From NCBI GenBank assembly GCA_012295275.1, contig CM022670.1, positions 41,664,001 to 41,728,000 of the forward strand: DNA of 64,000 bases, read 5' to 3'. This document shows positions 55,310-64,000 of the stretch, one piece after another; positions within the stretch are counted from its first letter, which is position 1, and each line of letters begins with the position of its first letter. Both the position numbers and the translations under genes were made by a program. The notes under the pieces were generated by a model that worked only from the letters and a program-made list of their open reading frames with translations, was not told the DNA's origin and made no database searches. The stretch comes from Chrysomallon squamiferum. Its lineage: Eukaryota > Animalia > Mollusca.

Positions 55310-56188
55310 CTGTGTGTGTATGTGTGTGTGTCTGTGTATGTGTGTCTGTGTGTGTTTGTATATATTTTTGTATTTGCATATATGTTTGCATGTATGTATA
55401 TTTTTGTATATGTTTTTGTGTTTGTGTTTGTATGAAAGTATATTTATACAAGTGTATGTATATATAACTAAAAAAAAAAAAAATCAAGATAAAAAAAGAA
55501 GAAAACTATGGTTATCAGTTAGCAATAAGAAATCTTTTTTATGTTCCTTCCGATAAACTTGCCTTTGAAAAACAATGGTTGAACACTGAATAGAAGGTAA
55601 CAGTGTGTCAAAAAAAAAAAAAAAAAAAAAAAAAAATTAGATTTCAAACATACATTAGTCGCTGTTATCACGTAACAAAGCAGCTACATGTGTGTTCTGT
55701 CGTTAACGACGTGGCTGATGGTGACTTTACTTACATACAGTAACACTACATGTTGTACAAGCAAGCCAGCGAAATTCTCACTGATTTGCATTGTTTCATT
55801 GTGGTTATGAAATACATCCGACAATTACTTCAACATCCTTTTAAAATATTTAAACTTAAGACTTCCAAATACGAGTGAATCATACAGTTGCTATGTAATC
55901 ATCTTAATATTTTTTTTTATTTTGTGTATTATAAATTGATTTTTTTGGGGGTGGGGTGGGGATAGTGTCTGCCTGTGTTAGTAGGACAGAGGTGTGGATT
56001 ACAGATTCAGTCCTTTTCATCGCTATTGGACTATTTCTATGACTCATCAAGTGACACATAAAACTTATGTAATTTATTAGTTCATTCATTGGTGTGTGTG
56101 TCAGATTATATGTTCTAATGACATCTGTTGTACGTACACACGCTATCTAAATATATTCACTGATAACTGTAAAGATCTAAACTCAGAG

Positions 56189-56385
56189 ATGTTATTTTTA
56201 CCTGTAGTACTCGTTTTATTGTCTATAAATCTGCACATTTCAGGTATTTACATTTTCATATCTATTGAATATATATTTATTTTGCAGCAAACTAGACATC
56301 GTTTTATTTTCATTAATTTTGTTAGAATTTATGAATCTAATATTTTATTATTTAAATATATTATTATTATCACACACACACACAT

Positions 56386-56416
<31 letters not shown>

Positions 56417-57157
56417 GAACTTGTCCATCTCAATTTTTATTGGTTTGATATACGGAAAGTACGTCATTTATTAAAATCGAATAATAAATAAATAAAATAA
56501 AATAGAATAATAATTTTTTAATTTAAAAACAAAATCGATTTTGTTGCCACTTTTCACGAATGATTCGACGACTTTTCAAGATCGCATTACATTTATAACA
56601 TTCCCACTACATTCCTTAACTCCGAACATTTGTAACTGAGAATTTTAACAGAGATACGATTATTCAACCTTAGTGATATGCTAGTCATTTGAAATCGAAG
56701 TGATAAAATGATCGAACACTGCAGTTGTCATAGTGTTGTACTTATTAGTATTACAATGAAAGCTTTAAATATTTTTTCCCTTTAAAGAGATAAAGCTGTA
56801 GGAGAAAGAGATTTTGGAGGCAGAATACAAATCTGTAGAAATAGTCATAAAGCTTTGAGCTTCTCTGAAAGGAAAATAAAATAATGTCCAGAATTACTTT
56901 GGATAAATTTTTTTTCAGTACCTTTAGTACCACATGATAACATTGCACATTTGTTGTTGTCAGTATTTCAATATATAAGTAATTTTTGACATCTTTTTAT
57001 CTTTTTATTATTTTTTTTTCAGAGCCCACCCAACACTTCACTGGTATTTACTTTTATTTTTCTATTCAACATTTTCAAATAAAAGATACAATATGTCAAC
57101 AGCAACAGTCAAACATGCAGTAATAGTTCCATTTTCTTTCATAGCTCATTCGTTTTC

Positions 57158-57229
<72 letters not shown>

Positions 57230-57895
57230 GTTGTTGTTGTTGTTGTTGTTGTTTGCTTTGAAAAATCTTTGTGCAATCTGTTCTTATCATTGATATATTA
57301 TACTTATTATGTTCATTTTTTTGTCAAAACGTCTAAAAATACATTTCCCAACTTCAGTCAAATTATTTTAAATAATCATTTAAAAATTATATATATATAT
57401 ATATCGCAAAAAAAAAAAAAAAAAAAAAAAAAAACAGAAAAAAAAACAACTAAATAACAACAACAACAACAACAAAAAAATAAAAAAATAAAACAAATAT
57501 ATATATATATATATATTTATTTATTTATTTTTTTGTTTTTATTATTATTTTTTTATTGTTTAGTGCCTATGGTGCTGACGGGAAAACATTTCGCTGTAAA
57601 CGACAAACTAGCTGAGTATCTGTGCAGAGTTCCTCTGAAACAAATCCATAAACTACCTGTGGCGTTCACTGTGAATAAGTGGGCGATATGTGCTGTCTTC
57701 CAGGACTGCACAGTTCTTGGTGTTGTGGACGGATATGAATGTAACTGTGTGAACTCCACGGACAATGCTTCTTACTACCGTATGGCCTTTTTTAATACCA
57801 AACTGAAAAATAAATTTGATGTAAAATGCTTATATGATCATCAAGAAAGCAATAACCTTAAAGTCGTGGTTTACAGTAAGTTTTGCATATCATAA

Positions 57896-57980
<85 letters not shown>

Positions 57981-58823
57981 CATAAACATGTTCACTGTTC
58001 TTATACACACACTAACGTGTAAATTATAGTAAATGTGTTCACACATATTTACAAATATGATTTAAATAACAAATATTTTCATACACATATTTACAAATAT
58101 TAATGTAAAAACAAAACTTTGCACAAACACATTTTTCAATACAATTTAAATAACAGCTATGTTCACACAGATATTTACAAATACAATTAAATAAATATAT
58201 TGAACACATTTCCAGATATAATTTACATAGCACACATGCTCACACATATATTTACATATTTACATTAAATAACAAATGTTTTCACACACACATTTACAAA
58301 TGTGCATTAAATAGGAATAATGAAAGTTGCTTTATCTATTTCTTGTTAAAGTGTACAAACGTCTTTTTATCAGCCCCGTGTAGAATACCGGCCCTGTTCA
58401 CAACCTGACACATTTTATGATACTTCCGCAGACACAAAGACTAATGACACTGTGATGATAAGAACAACAGTGATTCGTCACACAGCGATTCGTTAAAAAT
58501 CTGAAATCTGTAACTTAGATTATATACACGTATAGTAACTAAATAAAACCTAGAACGAGCAAATGTAGGATTATTAAAAAAAAGGATTGGATGGTGACGA
58601 GATACATTTTAGTTAGAATACTACACGTCCAGTTCTAAATGACAGACTTATAACTGGTTGTATATCAAAGATATACTTGCCACACTTTCATATATTTTAA
58701 TTTATTTTCAGCTAACAGAAACTTCTTCGAAGGTATTTTCTTTCTTTTCTATTAAAGTTTAAAATTATTATTTTAATAATAATAGCACAATAATTATTTT
58801 TCTCGTTATTTATTAATTTATTT

Positions 58824-58854
<31 letters not shown>

Positions 58855-59437
58855 GGATTTTGTTGTTGTTGTTGTTATTATTATTAACTTCGTCGTTATT
58901 ATTGTTATTATTATTATTGTTATTATTATTAATCTGAAGAAACCTTTGTGTTATTTGTTTTTATTACATAGTTATTTACTATTCTAGTCATCATTTATCT
59001 TTGTATTCAACTTAGGTGAGAATATCGAATAATACTTTATCAAACAACAATGAAAATATTCTTACTGAGATAATAAATAAATAAATAAATAAATAAAGGA
59101 AAGCCAGTACAAGAAATGTGAAACTGTTTCAGAGGATATGGTTCTGACTGGACCCACAGTCACCCGGCAGAACGAGCCAGTCGAGTACGTGTGTAAAATT
59201 CCAGTCAAACAAATTACAGACGTACCCATGGCTTTCTTCGTCTCTCAGATGTCAACATGCGCTGTGTTCCCAGACTGCAGCACTCGTGGTGTTCTGAACG
59301 GCTATCAGTGTAAATGTGTGAACTCCACGGACAAAGCTTCCTACTACCTCATGAAAGTCAAAAATCCTGAAATGCTGTATGGTCCTTTGGTGTCTTGCGG
59401 ATTTCAGGATCAGATCAGCAACATAATTGAGCTGTAG
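56189..59437 (+). CDS. Cluster gene F: secreted 2-domain Cys-rich Ig-like protein (~237 aa); TAG just before the final donor
   Basis: Signal exon 56189-56243 (MLFLPVVLVLLSINLHIS); micro 57023-57043 (EPTQHFT); domain 57564-57875; micro 58712-58732 (TNRNFFE); domain 59133-59445 with TAG at 59435-59437. Confidence 0.8.
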
Positions 59438-59549
59438 GTTGTAGGGTAAGTTTTTGTTTTGGTTCTTTTAAAAAAAAAATATTGTCATATATACGCAACT
59501 GCACACGCAGACACATAAAGTACCACCATCATCTAATTATCCAAACTAA

Positions 59550-59608
<59 letters not shown>

Positions 59609-60170
59609 AAACAACAACAAAAAAATACAAAAAAAAAAAAAAAAACCAATAAAAAAACAATTATTATATTTAAATAAAATAAAAGCTTTGACACATAAAG
59701 AAGGATATAATAAATATATTTGATTTAATTTCAGTGCAATGAATCGACCACTCATTGGAAAGCAGAAGTAAAAACATAAAAGAATAAAATAAAATGAAAT
59801 AAAGAAAACTAGATTCTGATTGATAACCCGTTGTACATATAGTTTGTAAGGGAGGAGGAATACACGATGGAAAAAATAATTTTAGCGATAAACGCAACAA
59901 AACTGATCGAAAACAGCAAATACTGATAACTGAGATTCTAACAATGTAGTATTGCTGTTAATCACTATGAGACAAATACATACATAGACTGAACTATGTC
60001 AGTACGTGAATATACAACGTATTGCATACACTTATACGCAAACCTCAGTCAGTCAATAATAATTATGTTAATTAGCATCAGAAAACCAGCACGTTTTTAG
60101 GAATATAACAGTTCAACATAGCACAACATGATATAACGTAACATAACTCAATAACACAACAAATGCCACA

Positions 60171-60220
<50 letters not shown>

Positions 60221-61694
60221 CATACAAATATACATTTTTGTAGATGCTACGTTAGTTTACGTGATGCTGTATAATCTTACATTTTCTAAGTTTCTGTCGT
60301 CTTCTGCTGGGTGGTTTCATTATATATTAATTATATCTGGTGCAGCATGTTTAACCATTTAGCTCATTTTATCATCATCATCATCATCATCATCACCGCC
60401 ATCATAATCATTATTATTATTGTTATTTTTGTTTTTCTTTTATTATTATGATAATTATCAGAATCGTCATCATTATTATTTCCCCTTTAATAAATGTAGA
60501 TTTATTTTATGAAACTAAAAAAGAAACGTGCAATATGGCATCGACCAGTTAGACCAAAGCAGTGAGGAATGGCAGTCAGTCTGATAGACGTAACACAGTG
60601 TGTGGAATGTTCAGTAAACACAAAGTTACTAAACAAAGTTACACTGAACCGTCATGTTCTGTAGTCATCTGAAACGTTGATGTTGTTTTGTTTGGTGTTT
60701 TATATTTAACCGAAAGGCAGTCGACTTCGTAATCTAATTTTATACATAACAATAAACATCTCCTACCTTTCCAGCCAACTTATTTATAGCTGAAATAAGC
60801 AATTTCATAATTAACAGATCAGTTTCATAGTTTGTTTCACAAAATAATAAACGTTTACCAGATCTGTAAAATGCCTCATTCAAAGACTGTTTTTTTGTAT
60901 TAGTGATAGCCATTGATGTGATGTAACAGGACTGCATGACAGATGTACGTGTGGTCAAGTATAGTCAACCTACGCAATATTTGTCTACTGATCAAATCCA
61001 CAGACTTCAACATTGTAAGAAGTGAAAGCTTTGTTTTAAACGTATTCATTTTTAGACGGATTAGAACATTTTATTATCTATTTTTCCACACATATATACA
61101 CACACACACATATACACACATACATATACACACATACATAGACACACACACACATATATATATATACACACACACACAGACACATATTTTAAATTTTGTC
61201 AAGTACATTATTAGCATCATTTAATACATATCCGTTTGCTTAACTCTTTAGAAACAAAAGTATATGTCTCTAGTTATAAAGTAGAATGTTAAATGTAAAC
61301 AAAATGCTGTGTTATACGTGGATATGGGTAAGCGATTGCTTTAAAACTTCTTCAACATATTTTTGAAATCTACCATTGTCAGATTTGTGTGACTCATATA
61401 ATGTTCCAAATCAAAACTGATTCAATTCATGCTTTTACAGATGATATTATATTAGTATTTATTTACTTATTTTATTATAAAATCAGCTGTGTGATTATTT
61501 CATACTGCAATAAGGTTAGCAGCATCAGCTTTACAATGTTTTCATTAAAACTAAAATATATAAATAAATGACGTGAAATAAAACTAAACTGTTGATGTCA
61601 ATCTGATAATGTGTCCCACTAACATCTGGTGTATGCAGATGTGCTGTGTGAATATATTCACAGATAGCTTTAGAGACACACACCAGATTCAGAG

Positions 61695-61749
61695 ATGGGT
61701 TTTTTACCTGCAGCATTTGTTTTCTTTTCTATAAATGCACACATCTCAG
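61695..61749 (+). CDS. Cluster gene G: signal-peptide exon only; the rest presumably lies beyond the window
   Basis: 55-nt exon MGFLPAAFVFFSINAHIS-G|GTACTT, with the same TCAGAG-ATG context as its paralogues. Confidence 0.75.
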
Positions 61750-62102
61750 GTACTTAGTTTTTCATATCTATTGTTGAATATGTGTTTATTTTATATATAT
61801 AGCTTTCCCTGCTACATTACAGAACTTTTATTTAATGCTAAGAAAACACTGATCACAACACTACTACCACTGCACATTTTTAAACGATGAACCAATAAAT
61901 TTATAACTAACAAATTATAAGTTAAATCTTTGTTTATCGAGCTGATAAATCATTGAAAGTTTAAATTAGTATTAACCCATTGAGGTGCATCAGTGAAACA
62001 TTTCGTAAACGTTTTACCCAATTTTCTTCTATGTTACTTGTAGCTCCAAATCCCCGTTAACCATAATATTGCTAAAATACTACTACTACTACTACTACTA
62101 CT

Positions 62103-62164
<62 letters not shown>

Positions 62165-62239
62165 GCTAATAATAATAATAATGATAAGTTAATTCATCAT
62201 GAATGCTTCGCTAGGTAATCCAGATCGAAGTGAGAAAGG

Positions 62240-64000
62240 TATACAACACTGCTCTTGCAAAGGTGCGCTGCTTAGTACAACACTGCTCTTACAAAGGTGC
62301 GCTGCTTAGTACAACACTGCTCTTACAAAGCTGCTTAGTACAACACTACTGCTCTTACAAACTACCGCTGCTTAGTACAACACTGCACAAAGCTGCTTAG
62401 TACAACACTGCTCTTACAAAGGTGCTACTACTTTACTACAACACTGCTCTTACAAAGCTGCTTAGTACAACACTGCTCTTACAACTACTACGCTGCTTAC
62501 TACAACACTGCTCTTACTAAGGTGCGCTACTTTAGTACTACTACTACTACTTACTACTAGCTGCTTTAATAATAACAATGATAAGTTACAAAGGAATGCT
62601 TCTGCCAGGTAACACCTCTTACAAAGTGAGAAAGGTATTAGTACAACACTGCTCTTACAAAGGTTGCGCGCTTTAGTACAACACTGCTCTTACAAAGCCG
62701 CTGCTTAGTACAACACTGCTCTTACAAAGCCGCTTAGTACAACACTGTTTTACAAAGGTGCGCTGCTTAGTACAACACTGCTCTTACAAAGCTGCTTAGT
62801 ACAACACTGCTCTTACAAAGGTGCGCTGCTTAGTACAACACTGCTCTTACAAAGGTGCGCTGCTTAGTACAACACTGCTCTTACAAAGGTGCGCTGCTTA
62901 GTACAACACTGCTCTTACAAAGGTGCGCTGCTTAGTACAACACTGCTCTTACAAAGGTGCGCTGCTTAGTACAACACTGCTCTTACAAAGCTGCTTAGTA
63001 CAACACTGCTCTTACAAAGGTGCGCTGCTTAGTACAACACTGCTCTTACAAAGGTGCGCTGCTTAGTACAACACTGCTCTTACAAAGCTGCTTAGTACAA
63101 CACTGCTCTTACAAAGGTGCGCTGCTTAGTACAACACTGCTCTTACAAAGCTGCTTAGTACAACACTGCTCTTACAAAGGTGCGCTGCTTAGTACAACAC
63201 TGCTCTTACAAAGCTGCTTAGTACAACACTGCTCTTACAAAGGTGCGCTGCTTAGTACAACACTGCTCTTACAAAGCTGCTTAGTACAACACTGCTCTTA
63301 CAAAGGTGCGCTGCTTAGTACAACACTGCTCTTACAAAGGTGCGCTGCTTTAGTACAACACTGCTCTTACAAAGCCGCTTTAGTACAACACTGCTCTTAC
63401 AAAGGTGCGCTGCTTAGTACAACACTGCTCTTACAAAGCTGCTTAGTACAACACTGCTCTTACAAAGCTGCTTAGTACAACACTGCTCTTACAAAGGTGC
63501 GCTGCTTAGTACAACACTGCTCTTACAAAGGCCTTTTAGTACAACACTGCTCTTACAAAGCTGCTTTAGTACAACACTGCTCTTACAAAGCTGCTTTAGT
63601 ACAACACTGCTCTTACAAAGCCGCTTAGTACAACACTGCTCTTACAAAGCTGCTGCTTTAGTACAACACTGCTCTTACAAAGGTGCGCTGCTTTTAGTAC
63701 AACACTGCTCTTACAAAGGTGCGCTGCTTAGTACAACACTGCTCTTACAAAGGTGCGCTGCTTAGTACAACACTGCTCTTACAAAGCCGCTGCTTAGTAC
63801 AACACTGCTCTTACAAAGCTGCTTAGTACAACACTGCTTTAGCTTAGTACAACACTGTTCTTACAAAGGTGCGCTGCTTAGTACAACACTGCTCTTACAA
63901 AGGTGCGCTGCTTTAGTACAACACTGCTCTTACAAAGGTGCGCTGCTTAGTACAACACTGCTCTTACAAAGGTGCGCTGCTTAGTACAACACTGCTCTTA
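62240..64000 (+). repeat. Minisatellite, mixed 34/29-bp units, in gene G intron 1
   Basis: TTAGTACAACACTGCTCTTACAAAGGTGCGCTGC and TTAGTACAACACTGCTCTTACAAAGCTGC; runs off the window. Confidence 0.95.

Noticed and set aside
16431-59445. V(D)J-like rearrangement or Dscam-like mutually exclusive exon array
   Set aside because: No consistent heptamer/nonamer signals seen at exon edges; domains partition into separate genes, each with its own leader, on both strands
62340-62640. Apparent novel hybrid of the satellite with the upstream CTA/AAT flank
   Set aside because: It interleaves 62080-62240 with repeat units base by base, typical of a consensus or polishing artefact; needs raw reads
63020-63475. 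151-aa repetitive ORF, and similarly 11425-11806
   Set aside because: By-product of minisatellite periodicity

Overview
AT-rich, microsatellite-dense animal genomic DNA with spliceosomal introns; gene content and repeat style suggest a mollusc, possibly a cephalopod (inference only). The left end holds a minus-strand kyphoscoliosis-peptidase/hillarin/LTD-1-like transglutaminase-fold gene (triad apparently degenerate, one frameshift, runs off the window) and an intact 3-exon NUDT15-like Nudix hydrolase. From ~12.9 kb to the end lies a tandem and inverted cluster of at least 7 paralogous genes (A-G) for small secreted proteins with 2-3 divergent Cys-rich Ig-like domains. Their shared plan is a 55-nt signal-peptide exon, then repeats of [18-21-nt micro-exon + ~310-nt domain exon], then a short tail exon. 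I count 13 in-gene domain exons, 1 orphan domain exon and 12 micro-exons. The duplicated unit carried along the NUDT15 5' end (4 exon-1 relics). The cluster shows signs of gene conversion, module shuffling, paired cysteine loss, transposon insertion and locally born minisatellites. All gene models were built by eye from GT/AG sites and frame arithmetic; no database searches were run.
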